Origin: a virus
DNA: 64,000 nt
Virus record (IMG/VR): IMGVR_UViG_3300037502_002729
Coordinates: 43,343 to 107,342 of that record
Strand: one strand, 5' to 3'
Positions 8,041 through 18,155 of this stretch are shown piece after piece (position 1 is the first letter of the stretch; every line of letters starts with the position of its first letter). The translations under genes and the position numbers were made by a program. The notes beneath the pieces were generated by a model. That model saw nothing but the letters and a program-made list of their open reading frames with translations. It was not told the DNA's origin and searched no databases.

Positions 8041-10038
8041 TTTAATTATAACATTTTCATCTTCAACAACCAAATTGTAAGGTTCATTTTCTTTAATGAA
8101 GCCATTTAAAACCTCATCAGATATTAAATCCTCAATCTTATCTTGGATTGCTCTCTTAATTGGCCTTGCACCATAAGTTTCATCAAATCCAACTTTGCTA
8201 ATTAAATCAATAATAGATGAATCAAAGGAAACAATGTAATTAGATTCTGTTAATCTTGTAATTAGTTTGTTAAGTTCAATTTCAGTTATCTTTTTAACAT
8301 TCTCATCATTCAATGTATTGAATACAATGGTATCATCAATACGGTTCAAGAATTCAGGTGAAAAGAACTTTTTCAATTCTTTCATTAGCATTTCTTTTTT
8401 AGCAACTTCATTGCCATATTTGGATGATGTGAAACTAATTCCAGTTCCAAAGTCTTGGAATTTTTTAATACCCAAGTTTGTTGTTAAAATGATGATTGTA
8501 TTTTTGAAATTAATAGTTTTACCTAAACTATCTGTTAGATGACCTTCATCCAATATCTGCAATAACAAATTAAAAACATCCTTGTGGGCTTTTTCAATCT
8601 CATCAAATAAGATAATTGAATATGGGTTATTCTTAACTTTTTCAGTTAGTTGACCACCTTCATCATGACCAACATAGCCTGGAGGTGAACCTATTAATCT
8701 TGATATGGTGTGTTTTTCTTGGTATTCACTCATATCAACCCTAATCAATGATTTCTCATTTCCAAATAATTGTTTGGCTAATTGCTTTGCTAAATGTGTT
8801 TTACCAACTCCTGTGGATCCTAAGAATATGAAACTACCTACTGGTCTATTTGGGTCTTTAATGTTAAGCCTATTTCTTTTAATAGACCTTGTAATAGATT
8901 CAACAGCAGCATCTTGACCAATAAGGTTTTCTTTAATTTTCTTATCTAAATTTATTAATTTTTGTTTTTCATCTATGTTCATTTGTTCTAGTGGAATATT
9001 TGTCATAATAGAAACCACAGAATAAACATCCTCAATATCAATCTTTCTCTTATTCTTTAAATTATTTTCTTCAAACTTTTTTGTTTCAGAATCAAGTTTT
9101 GTCAATAACTTCAATTCTTTATCTCTAATTTCAGCAGCCAATTCATATTCTTGGTTGATAACAACTCTTGTTTTTTCTTTCTTCAAATCATTAATCTTTT
9201 CTTTTAATATTTGAATTGATTCTGGTATCTTGACATCAACTTGGAGTTTTGCACCAACTTCATCAATAATATCAAAAGCCTTATCAGGGAATGCTCTATC
9301 ATTAATATATCTATCAGCCATCTTAACACATAATTCTATAACATCATCACTATATGATGCCTTATGGAAGGATTCATATTTGTCAATAGATTGTTTAACA
9401 ATTTTTATTGTTTCACTTATTGAAGGTTGTTCAAGTTTGATTTTTTGAAATCTTCTTGCTAATGCACCATCTTTTTCTATTGATTTTTTGAATTCATCAA
9501 ATGTGGTTGCACCAATACATTGAATTTCCCCAGATGCCAATGCTGGTTTAAATATGTTTGCACCATCCATAGCATTAGATGAATTACCAGATCCAATTAA
9601 TGTGTGTATTTCATCAATGAATATAATAACATTTGGGTTTGCAATTAACTCATCAAGAATTACCTTCATCCTTTCCTCAAACTGACCCCTATATTTGGTA
9701 CCAGCAACAACAGATGTTAAATCTAAATTTACAATTCTTTTGTTTAGTAGATTTTGAGGTCCTTCACCTTTTGAAATCATTAAGGCAACGCCCTCAATCA
9801 AGTTTGTTTTACCACAACCAGCATCACCAAGAATTAATGGATTGTTTTTCTTGCGTCTTGATAAGACTTGAGCCAATCTCTTAACTTCTTTTTCCCTACC
9901 AATTGACATATCTAGTTTCCCCATTTCAGCCAATTTGGTTAAATCTCTACTAAAATTGTCCAATACTGGAGTTTTTGAACCAGAGGTGTTTTTCTTACCT
10001 CTTGTTGTTTTTTCATCATCAAAATAGTCAACATTCAT
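8026..10038 (-). CDS. clpC: ClpC-like Hsp100 ATPase (two AAA+ modules, UVR middle domain, no Clp-N domain)
   Basis: GDAGCGKT, FIDEIH, GEIQCIGATT, YELAAEIRDKE, GSTGVGKT, RLIGSPPGYVG, FDEIEKAH, GARPIKR. Confidence 0.9.
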   Translation of the reverse strand: MNVDYFDDEKTTRGKKNTSGSKTPVLDNFSRDLTKLAEMGKLDMSIGREKEVKRLAQVLSRRKKNNPLILGDAGCGKTNLIEGVALMISKGEGPQNLLNKRIVNLDLTSVVAGTKYRGQFEERMKVILDELIANPNVIIFIDEIHTLIGSGNSSNAMDGANIFKPALASGEIQCIGATTFDEFKKSIEKDGALARRFQKIKLEQPSISETIKIVKQSIDKYESFHKASYSDDVIELCVKMADRYINDRAFPDKAFDIIDEVGAKLQVDVKIPESIQILKEKINDLKKEKTRVVINQEYELAAEIRDKELKLLTKLDSETKKFEENNLKNKRKIDIEDVYSVVSIMTNIPLEQMNIDEKQKLINLDKKIKENLIGQDAAVESITRSIKRNRLNIKDPNRPVGSFIFLGSTGVGKTHLAKQLAKQLFGNEKSLIRVDMSEYQEKHTISRLIGSPPGYVGHDEGGQLTEKVKNNPYSIILFDEIEKAHKDVFNLLLQILDEGHLTDSLGKTINFKNTIIILTTNLGIKKFQDFGTGISFTSSKYGNEVAKKEMLMKELKKFFSPEFLNRIDDTIVFNTLNDENVKKITEIELNKLITRLTESNYIVSFDSSIIDLISKVGFDETYGARPIKRAIQDKIEDLISDEVLNGFIKENEPYNLVVEDENVIIKKGVN

Positions 10039-10092
10039 ATCTTATGTTTTTTTTATAAATATCATACAAATTTTGGACTAATCCAATAGTTT

Positions 10093-10167
10093 TGACAAAT
10101 TGTCAGGAAAATAATATATTATATGACATTTTGGCATATAATGACACCTATAACTGACGTTTTGTCA
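10093..10167. promoter_or_regulatory. Three TGAC-N5-G(T/G)CA palindromic operators spaced exactly 31 bp apart
   Basis: TGACAAATTGTCA (10093), TGACATTTTGGCA (10124), TGACGTTTTGTCA (10155). Confidence 0.75.
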
Positions 10168-10179
10168 TATAAAAATAAT

Positions 10180-10196
10180 TTGGCATTAAATTTGAC
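10180..10196 (+). promoter_or_regulatory. sigma54-like -24/-12 promoter for Hsp20
   Basis: TTGGCATTAAATTTGAC compared with the consensus TGGCAC-N5-TTGC. Confidence 0.5.
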
Positions 10197-10237
10197 TTCC
10201 TCATAAAAAAAATAAACAATTATAAAAAAACAAAATT

Positions 10238-10669
10238 ATGAAAAACAAAGATTATTTAGCAGAGTTATTATTTGGATCATTTAGTCCATTTATTATTTCA
10301 TCAAACTCACCTTACAACCCTTTTAGTTCATTAGACCAAAACATTTCATCACAATCAACCCAAAGTCATAGTATTTTTGGTGATGAGTATGATATTGAAA
10401 CAACAAAAGATGGGGCATATGTTTCCTTTGAAGTTCCAGGTTATACAAAAGACAATTTAGAAATTGTTTTAGAAAACAAGGAAATAAATATAATTGGAAA
10501 AAGGACATATAACAAGAAGGGGGATACCAAAACAATAAAACACAGGTTTAAGTTGGGTAATTACCAAATTAATGAGGCTAACATTGAGGCAACAGTTTCA
10601 AATGGAATTTTAACATTATTTTTACCAAATTATGTTGAAACAGGTAAAAAAACAATATCCATTTCATAA
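10238..10669 (+). CDS. Small heat-shock protein (Hsp20/alpha-crystallin)
   Basis: FEVPGYTKDNLEI...IEATVSNGILTLFLP. Confidence 0.9.
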   Translation: MKNKDYLAELLFGSFSPFIISSNSPYNPFSSLDQNISSQSTQSHSIFGDEYDIETTKDGAYVSFEVPGYTKDNLEIVLENKEINIIGKRTYNKKGDTKTIKHRFKLGNYQINEANIEATVSNGILTLFLPNYVETGKKTISIS

Positions 10670-10696
10670 ATGCTATATATTTATATTAAAAAAAAT

Positions 10697-11161
10697 ATGA
10701 AAAATTTCATTCCCCTACTTATACTATTCTTAATGTTCTCATGTGAGAAGGATGTAATTACATTACAACAAGTTGTGTTAAATAAAAAAATAAATGCTGT
10801 TGAGTTGTCAATTGATTCTACAATAAAATATTCTAGTCTAAATGAAGATTGGTTTTCAATTGCCTCAAATGCAACTCATAGAATTTCAACTAAATTTTAT
10901 CATAATGATAGTTTGGGCAATATAACAAACTTAACATCTATGATTATAGATAGTAATTATGTTGTTAAATATCAGTTAGATTCTTTATCAAAAAGCAAGA
11001 TTACTATTTTGGATAAGAATAAAGAGGGGAATGATTTAGGTTTACTTTTTAATATAAAGACAACAACACCTGAATTTGGTTTTGTGTATGTTAAAGTCTA
11101 TAACAAAAATTGTGATTCTATTTTCCATTACAAATATCCTTTTATTGTTTCTACACCTTAA
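10697..11161 (+). CDS. Putative lipoprotein
   Basis: MKNFIPLLILFLMFSC-EKD signal peptide and lipobox. Start placed at the Met after a TATTTATA motif. Confidence 0.65.
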   Translation: MKNFIPLLILFLMFSCEKDVITLQQVVLNKKINAVELSIDSTIKYSSLNEDWFSIASNATHRISTKFYHNDSLGNITNLTSMIIDSNYVVKYQLDSLSKSKITILDKNKEGNDLGLLFNIKTTTPEFGFVYVKVYNKNCDSIFHYKYPFIVSTP

Positions 11162-11182
11162 ATTAGACTAATTATTTTTACT

Positions 11183-11223
11183 AAGTCTCCAAAATATTTT
11201 ATATATTTTTGGAGGCTTTTTTT
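11183..11223 (+). terminator. Intrinsic terminator
   Basis: AAGTCTCCAAAA...TTTTGGAGGCTT followed by a T run. Confidence 0.55.
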
Positions 11224-11250
11224 ATTTTATATATTTATATAAAAAAAACT

Positions 11251-11493
11251 ATGGCAATCACAAAAGAAATTATAAGTGGCACAAAAATCATTAATGAAAT
11301 AAAATCTAGTAATGTCAAAAAGACTGAATACAATTTAGAAACAAAGAAATTGCTAGTAGAATTCAATAATGGAATTAAATATGAATATGATGATGTCCCA
11401 CACAAAATATACACACAATTTAGAATGGCAGAATCCCAAGGCAAATTCTTTAGTTCAAATATTGCAAAAAGTTATAAATACACAAAGAAATAA
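11251..11493 (+). CDS. KTSC domain protein
   Basis: SSNVKKTEYN...LLVEFNNG..YEY..VP..IY..F..AESQGKFF. Confidence 0.85.
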   Translation: MAITKEIISGTKIINEIKSSNVKKTEYNLETKKLLVEFNNGIKYEYDDVPHKIYTQFRMAESQGKFFSSNIAKSYKYTKK

Positions 11494-11495
11494 GA

Positions 11496-12239
11496 ATGGA
11501 AAATAATATATTAAAAAGTTTTGTTGTTAAAGATACATTGAATCCAAAAGTTTGGGATCATCCCAATGATATAAAAAAGGCAAAAATAAAACCAGAAATC
11601 AAAAAAGGTTTATTGGATATTGCAAATGAATTTATTGAATTTTTGGATGAGGATGTTTTTGTTGAAGATATAATATTAACTGGTTCCCTATCCAATTATA
11701 ATTGGTCAGAATATTCTGATTTTGATTTGCATATAATTATTGATTTGAATCAATTTGAGGATGAAGGTGAGATTTATTTAAAATTATTTTCAGCAAAGAA
11801 ATTAATTTTTAATGATAAACATAATTTAACAATCAAAGGTTATGATGTGGAAGTTTATCCTCAAGATGAAAAAGAAGAACACACAGCAGAAGGTCAATAC
11901 TCATTAATGAATGAGGAATGGTTGGTTGTGCCAAAAAAAGAAAAGCCCCCAGTTAATAAAACAAAATTAAAATTAAAAATAAACCATTGGGTTGAATTTG
12001 TTAAGAAGACATTAAAAGATGCAGATGAGGCATCATTAAAAGTTTCAAAAACAAAAATAAAAAAATTAACAGATAAATTAAGAAAGTTTAGGAAAGGTGG
12101 TTTGGAGAAGGGAGGGGAATTCTCAAATGAAAATTTAGTTTATAAATATTTAAGAAGAAGTGGCCTATTAGATAAGGTGTTTAATTATCAATATAAGAAA
12201 AGAACAAAGGAACTATCTATTGAGAATGAAATTTATTAA
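11496..12239 (+). CDS. Pol-beta superfamily nucleotidyltransferase-like protein
   Basis: hTGS...SDFDLH signature, with a third acidic residue in YDVEVY. Confidence 0.7.
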   Translation: MENNILKSFVVKDTLNPKVWDHPNDIKKAKIKPEIKKGLLDIANEFIEFLDEDVFVEDIILTGSLSNYNWSEYSDFDLHIIIDLNQFEDEGEIYLKLFSAKKLIFNDKHNLTIKGYDVEVYPQDEKEEHTAEGQYSLMNEEWLVVPKKEKPPVNKTKLKLKINHWVEFVKKTLKDADEASLKVSKTKIKKLTDKLRKFRKGGLEKGGEFSNENLVYKYLRRSGLLDKVFNYQYKKRTKELSIENEIY

Positions 12240-12302
12240 ATTTTATTTTTTGCATATTAATATTTGACATTATAGATATATTTATATATAAATAAAAATA
12301 AA

Positions 12303-12497
12303 ATGGCAGTAGTTAGTGCAAATACTTTTTATGAATACACCAAAGGTATGTTGGGTTTTTTTGATGGAAGTCCTATAACTGGGACAACACAAGTACCACA
12401 TCCACAAGCAGTTGTTATAAATACAACAGGTGGGACTGATACAGTTATTGAATTGTCAGCAGTTGCATTAGGTGGAATAAATGGCTTAAATAATTAA
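12303..12497 (+). CDS. Small hypothetical protein (possibly virion)
   Basis: 64-aa ORF after a TATTTATA motif. Confidence 0.6.
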   Translation: MAVVSANTFYEYTKGMLGFFDGSPITGTTQVPHPQAVVINTTGGTDTVIELSAVALGGINGLNN

Positions 12498-12510
12498 AAA
12501 AATATAAAAA

Positions 12511-13809
12511 ATGAGTAGATTAAAACCAATAGGTAGTGAAAAACTACAAGGTGATGCAAAGTTAAATAGAATGTTAGAGATTGCTATGTACAAGGAAGTT
12601 GATAAAGAAAATATCAATGAAACTAGTTCAAAAGAATATGACATTCAATTGATGGATGGTAATATATATGCAGTTGTCAAGGAAAAATTGGGCTATATAA
12701 TTAAAAAAGGCATAAATGAATCTTCATTAGATTATATTGACCCAATTAGGAATAGAAAATATTATAGATCATATTCTCAAGCATTTAAAAAATTAAATTT
12801 AATAACAAAAGAACTAAATGAGTTATATGATAACCCAAATGGTATATCATTGTTTGGTGAGCAAAAGAAATTTACATTAAAAACGCCAAAACCAGCTCAA
12901 CCAGATAATGAAATGGGTGATATGCCTGCACCACCACCAGAACCACCTGCTGTGCCAAGTCCAGAATTACCCCCATCCCCATTGGAAGGTGGTGAAGGTC
13001 AAATGCCACCACCTGCTGAACCAGGTATGGAAGGTGAAATGCCAGATATGGAAGGTATGGATGATGAAATGCCAGATATGGAAGGTATAGATGGTGATAT
13101 GCCAGATATGGAAGATGAACCAATAGATTCAAAACAAGACAAGGGTGATGAGGAAGTTACATTTAAAACAATCCAAAAACTAACAGGAAGATTAACACAA
13201 AAGATTAGAACTTTGGAAAATGAGGAAGGTTTAACATCTGAAGAAGTTAAGTATGTTATTAATATGGTTATATCCTCATTAAATATTGACATTCTTGATG
13301 AAGAAGATATTGATGATATTATTTCAAAATTTGAAGGAGGTGGAGAAGAAGGTGATATGGATAATGAATTACCTGATATGGAAGGGATAGATGACACAGA
13401 GGGAATGCCTGATATTGAGGGTATGGATGATATGGGTGGTGAAATGCCAGATATGGAAGGTATGCCTGATATGGAAGGAATGCCACAACAAGGGGGTGAA
13501 GAATATACACCAAAAAAGAGGTATAGTGAGTCTAAGATTGATAATATTATTTCAAAATATTTTGAATTAAGCCCTCAAGAAAAATTAATATCTGAACAAA
13601 AGAAAAGAAAATTAGAAAAATCATTAAATGAAAATTTAAAATCAATTAAAATTTTATCTGAAACAGAAAAACAATATTCTGCTGCAAATAATTTCTTAAA
13701 TAAGTTTAAAAGATTTGAAGTTATAGGTAAGACTAACTTGGGTAATATTATGTTGAAACTAAATGAAAACACTATAAAAATAACAAAAAAAGGACAAATC
13801 ATAAAATGA
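12511..13809 (+). CDS. Hypothetical protein with Pro-rich and acidic MPDMEG repeats
   Basis: Repeated (E/D)MPDMEG units; lies in the head-gene neighbourhood. Confidence 0.8.
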   Translation: MSRLKPIGSEKLQGDAKLNRMLEIAMYKEVDKENINETSSKEYDIQLMDGNIYAVVKEKLGYIIKKGINESSLDYIDPIRNRKYYRSYSQAFKKLNLITKELNELYDNPNGISLFGEQKKFTLKTPKPAQPDNEMGDMPAPPPEPPAVPSPELPPSPLEGGEGQMPPPAEPGMEGEMPDMEGMDDEMPDMEGIDGDMPDMEDEPIDSKQDKGDEEVTFKTIQKLTGRLTQKIRTLENEEGLTSEEVKYVINMVISSLNIDILDEEDIDDIISKFEGGGEEGDMDNELPDMEGIDDTEGMPDIEGMDDMGGEMPDMEGMPDMEGMPQQGGEEYTPKKRYSESKIDNIISKYFELSPQEKLISEQKKRKLEKSLNENLKSIKILSETEKQYSAANNFLNKFKRFEVIGKTNLGNIMLKLNENTIKITKKGQIIK

Positions 13810-14198
13810 ATAGATTAGTTTTTATAAATTCTCTTGGTGTTAATTATAAAGGTGATTTTTTGTATGAATTTATCTTTTCATCTTCTGATTCAGTTTGGGG
13901 TGAAAACTGGGAGGCAAAACCATCAAATGGTTATCCAAAACCACCAGAATTAAAATATATTAAAAAAGTTGGACAATTATTATCAGAAGATGTATCATTG
14001 TATTTGATACAGAACTCTGATTATTTTTCTATGATTGATTCTGTTGATGGTGTTATAGCATTAGGATGGGAAGTTAATGAAGATGTCAAAAATAGATTGG
14101 TATTTAAGTTTGGGGAAACTGAACAAGAAATAAAAAATAAACTCTATGAAAGAGATTTAGTTTTGGAATTTGAAAAAACCATAGTATATGAAAATTAA
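13806..14198 (+). CDS. Hypothetical protein
   Basis: ORF overlapping both neighbours. Confidence 0.8.
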   Translation: MNRLVFINSLGVNYKGDFLYEFIFSSSDSVWGENWEAKPSNGYPKPPELKYIKKVGQLLSEDVSLYLIQNSDYFSMIDSVDGVIALGWEVNEDVKNRLVFKFGETEQEIKNKLYERDLVLEFEKTIVYEN

Positions 14199-14967
14199 TA
14201 AAAAAGTATTAACCTTATTGGAGGAGGGTTTTTCTATAAACACTTTAAAAGGTATGAGTGATAATAATATAAATTATTTATACTCAAAGTTGTTAGGTGA
14301 GCAATCAACCACAACAAAAGGAAGCATCTCAACTAAAAATGAACCAAAGGCTATGCAATTAGCAGCCAAAGGTTATAATGTTAGATTAGAGAAAAGAGAA
14401 ATGGGTGAGGCTAAAAAGTCTAAAGCCAATCCTTGGGCTATTTGCACAGCACAATTAAAGAAAGAATTTGGCACATCTGAAAGAAGTGAGTGGACAAAAG
14501 CACAAAAAAACAAATATGAAAGATGTGTTATGGATGTTAAGGGTAATTCAAAAAAAGATATGAAGGAATCAAATATGATTGATTCTTTTATTGAAGACCA
14601 AATGAATAAAATGGTTGAATCAAAATTAAGACCACAAGTTACAAAGAGAGGTTTGTTAAATCATTTAAAAGAACAAGCCCCTGACACAAAGCCAGTTGTA
14701 AAACCAGCTAATCCAAAAATAAAACCATCAAGGAGAGATAACCCATTCCAAAACCCACGCCCAGGTGTAAAAACTGTTCCAAAAGCAGATACTACAACAA
14801 AGCCAGTTGTAAAACCAGCTGATCCAAAAATAAAACCATCAAGGAGAGATAACCCATTTCAAAACCCACGCCCAGGTGTAAAAACTGTCCCAAAGGCAAT
14901 ATCACCAGATAAAGCAAAAAATGCTATTATTGATAACATCATGCAATTAATAAATTTTGAAGGATAA
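14188..14967 (+). CDS. Basic hypothetical protein with 37-aa tandem duplication
   Basis: TKPVVKPAxPKIKPSRRDNPFQNPRPGVKTVPKA occurs twice. Confidence 0.8.
   Translation: MKINKKVLTLLEEGFSINTLKGMSDNNINYLYSKLLGEQSTTTKGSISTKNEPKAMQLAAKGYNVRLEKREMGEAKKSKANPWAICTAQLKKEFGTSERSEWTKAQKNKYERCVMDVKGNSKKDMKESNMIDSFIEDQMNKMVESKLRPQVTKRGLLNHLKEQAPDTKPVVKPANPKIKPSRRDNPFQNPRPGVKTVPKADTTTKPVVKPADPKIKPSRRDNPFQNPRPGVKTVPKAISPDKAKNAIIDNIMQLINFEG
14686..14898 (+). repeat. 111-bp-period in-frame direct repeat (2 copies)
   Basis: Near-identical copies start at 14686 and 14797. Confidence 0.9.
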
Positions 14968-16313
14968 TGAAGAACATAGACAAACTAATCAACAAAAAAT
15001 TAAGAGAACAATTAGAATACACTGGTCCTGAACGCATGGATCCTAGATTGGAGAAAAAACTTGCAGACCCAAATTCTATGTTTGGACAAAACCCCGCCTT
15101 AAAGAGGGGGGCATTAGATGTTCAAAAACTATATAGCCGTTCATTTAATGATGTATTAAATAGGGTTAGAAGAATTGCAGGTAAAGAAACTTTAACAGCA
15201 AATGAATTAGTTTCAATTGTAACATCAAGAGTATATCAGAATGCTGCTGCAATTCAACAATTAGAATCTAGGTATAGTGATGAACTAGTTGAACTAGCAA
15301 TTAGTGAAACATTAAATGAAATGGAAGTTAGTGATGATGAGTTTATCATTAATGCTACTTTAGGAATGCCAGGCAATGATGTTGTTGGTAAAATGAGAAA
15401 AGAAAAAGATAAAATTAAACAAGAATTATCACCAGAAGAAGAAGAAGAATTATCAAATGAAGTTTTCAAAAGGGATATTATCAATGCTATCATTGGTGGG
15501 GTTGCAAGGAAAACTCATTACATATATGAGAAGCCAGAGGTTAAAGCACAATTAGATGCAATTAACCCAAAATTATACCAACTATACTCAACAACAGTTC
15601 CTTTAATTGATGCATTATATTTCTTGAATGAAGGTATGATGGATATGGCAGCAAAAGGTGGTGGAGTTTCAGCTGCTGTTGATGTTGATGATGAAGAAGA
15701 TCCAGAAACTGGTGAAACAAAGACTGTAATCAATGCAACAGCATTTATGTTTCCAATATTATGTCATGAAATTGCAAAGGGGATTGAAGAGGCATTAGCA
15801 AAGCATGGTTATCCTAGTGATGATAATATGGCTAATATGACATTAGGTCAAGCAGACACATTAAAATCAGAAACAGAAGGTTTAAGAATTGGTCCAGCCA
15901 TTTTGGAAAAAATAAGAAATATTTTACCTACCGAATTATTTGATAAATCAGATATTGGTTTGATTAGGTTTTTCTTTGTTGAGTTATATAAAACACCAGC
16001 AGATGAATTTATTAATTTAATGAAATATGTAATATCAGATACACCATCTGACCAAGACTATGCAAAAAGAGAATTTGATGGATTAATTGAACAAGCTAAA
16101 GTTAGTAAAGAGAGATATCTTGATTACTTACAAAGCCAATATATGGATGATATGGATATAGATGATGAAGATGCTTATGATGGTAGTGGATTTGCTCCTA
16201 ATCAAGCACCAGATGATTATACTGGTGGTAAGCAAACAAATTTTGACCCCTCAGATTTTGAGGACATATCACTTGATGAGTTATTGAAAGATTTAAATAT
16301 TAGAAGAAATTAA
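14967..16313 (+). CDS. Hypothetical protein (448 aa) with LCHEIAKG (HExxK) motif
   Basis: Long ORF coupled to the upstream gene by TAATG. Confidence 0.8.
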   Translation: MKNIDKLINKKLREQLEYTGPERMDPRLEKKLADPNSMFGQNPALKRGALDVQKLYSRSFNDVLNRVRRIAGKETLTANELVSIVTSRVYQNAAAIQQLESRYSDELVELAISETLNEMEVSDDEFIINATLGMPGNDVVGKMRKEKDKIKQELSPEEEEELSNEVFKRDIINAIIGGVARKTHYIYEKPEVKAQLDAINPKLYQLYSTTVPLIDALYFLNEGMMDMAAKGGGVSAAVDVDDEEDPETGETKTVINATAFMFPILCHEIAKGIEEALAKHGYPSDDNMANMTLGQADTLKSETEGLRIGPAILEKIRNILPTELFDKSDIGLIRFFFVELYKTPADEFINLMKYVISDTPSDQDYAKREFDGLIEQAKVSKERYLDYLQSQYMDDMDIDDEDAYDGSGFAPNQAPDDYTGGKQTNFDPSDFEDISLDELLKDLNIRRN

Positions 16314-16327
16314 TAAAAAAAATATTT

Positions 16328-16362
16328 AAAACCCCAATCTTTAATTAGGTTGGGGTTTTTTT
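16328..16362 (+). terminator. Intrinsic terminator
   Basis: AAAACCCCAATCT...AGGTTGGGGTTTTTTT. Confidence 0.8.
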
Positions 16363-16392
16363 ATTTTGTGTGTATTTATAAAAAAAGAGAAT

Positions 16393-18144
16393 ATGACAAG
16401 AGACCAAGTATTAATTGAATCTGCTAAATGCATAAAAAGTACACCATACTGTTTAAAGACTTATTTGCAGACATATGATAATACTGTAAAAAAATATGTT
16501 CCATTAGATTTATTTCCAGACCAGATTAAACTAATTGAGGATTTTGATACATATAATGAAAATATAGCACTAAAATATAGACAAGCAGGTGTGTCAACAG
16601 TAACTGCTGCTTGGATATCAAAAAGGTTGGCATTTGCAAATAGAAATAAACCTGAGAAAATATTGATTATTGCAAATAAATTGGATACTGCTGTGGAAAT
16701 GGCAAATAAAGTTAGGCATTTTACAGAACAATGGCCAAATTGGGTTGGTATTGGATTTTCATCAGAAAAAAACTCTGCAAGGCATTTTAAATTGAATAAT
16801 GATTGTGAGGTTAAGGCAGTAGCAACATCAAAAGACGCATTAAGGGGTTATACCCCCACCACATTAATATTTGATGAGGCAGCATATATTGATGCTGATC
16901 CTGACTTCTGGGCAGCATCTATGGCATCCCTATCAACAGGTGGTAAAGTTGTTGTGATATCAACACCTAATGGATATGACCCAATATATTATGAGATATA
17001 TGATCAAGCATTGCGTAATGTTAATGATTTTAAAATCACAGAAATGGTTTGGTATAGAGATCCAAGATATACCAAAGATTTGTATATGGTGAAAACAAAA
17101 GATATGATTCATTATCTTTTGAATAAAGAAGAGTATAGCAAAGATGATATAATTGATTTATCACATGAGAGTTCTTATGATAGAGACCATCAGAGAGTTA
17201 TTGAATATATTGAAGAAGGTTATAAGCCATGTTCATCTTGGTATGAAGGAATGGTTAAAAAACTTAAATATGATAAGAGAAAAGTATCACAAGAGATTGA
17301 GAGTAATTTCTTGGGGTCAGGGGATAATGTATTTGATTCTGAATTATTAATGAATATATCAAAAAACTATTTGGCAAATCCAATATCAAAATTGATGGGA
17401 AATAGTTTATGGATGTTTAAAGAACCAGAAAATGGTCATAGGTATGTTGCAGGTGTTGATGTATCAAGAGGAGATTCAGAAGATTTTTCTGTAATTCAAA
17501 TAATTGATTTTGATGCTCAAGAACAAGTTTTGGAATATGTTGGCAAAATACCTCCGGATATATTGGCTGAAGTTGTTTATAAATGGTGTTCATTATATAA
17601 GGCATTTGTTGTTGTTGATTTAACAGGCGGAATGGGTGTGGCAACATCTAGGAAACTACAAGAAATGAATTATCCAAGTTTATATTATGATAATATTGAT
17701 TCAGGAAATAAATGGAAATATGACCCAAAAATAAATGAAAGAATACCAGGAATAAATTTTAATAATAAAAGAGTTCAAATGATTGCTTCATATGAGGAAG
17801 CTCTAAGACATAACTTTAAGATTTATTCAAATAGACTATACAATGAAATGAATACGTTTATATATATAAATGGAAGACCAGATCACCAAAAAGGACATCA
17901 TGATGATTGTATTATGGCAATTGCTATGGCAACATTTGTTGCTGAAAAATCATTCCAGAATTTGGAAAAAGTAACAAACCATACAAAAGCAATGATTAAT
18001 TCTTGGAGTACTTTTACAAACACATACACAGAACAATCTTTATTTTTTAACCCAATGATTCCAAGTAGTGGACCTAGAAAAATAAAAAATGAACCAAATG
18101 TAAATGATTATCAAAAATATAATTGGCTATTTGGTGTTAGATAA
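16393..18144 (+). CDS. terL: Terminase large subunit (T4 gp17-like)
   Basis: LFPDQ, KYRQAGVST (Walker A variant), LIFDEAA (Walker B), ISTPNG, AGVDVSRG and HDDCIMA (nuclease). Confidence 0.93.
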   Translation: MTRDQVLIESAKCIKSTPYCLKTYLQTYDNTVKKYVPLDLFPDQIKLIEDFDTYNENIALKYRQAGVSTVTAAWISKRLAFANRNKPEKILIIANKLDTAVEMANKVRHFTEQWPNWVGIGFSSEKNSARHFKLNNDCEVKAVATSKDALRGYTPTTLIFDEAAYIDADPDFWAASMASLSTGGKVVVISTPNGYDPIYYEIYDQALRNVNDFKITEMVWYRDPRYTKDLYMVKTKDMIHYLLNKEEYSKDDIIDLSHESSYDRDHQRVIEYIEEGYKPCSSWYEGMVKKLKYDKRKVSQEIESNFLGSGDNVFDSELLMNISKNYLANPISKLMGNSLWMFKEPENGHRYVAGVDVSRGDSEDFSVIQIIDFDAQEQVLEYVGKIPPDILAEVVYKWCSLYKAFVVVDLTGGMGVATSRKLQEMNYPSLYYDNIDSGNKWKYDPKINERIPGINFNNKRVQMIASYEEALRHNFKIYSNRLYNEMNTFIYINGRPDHQKGHHDDCIMAIAMATFVAEKSFQNLEKVTNHTKAMINSWSTFTNTYTEQSLFFNPMIPSSGPRKIKNEPNVNDYQKYNWLFGVR

Positions 18145-18155
18145 ATTAAAATATT

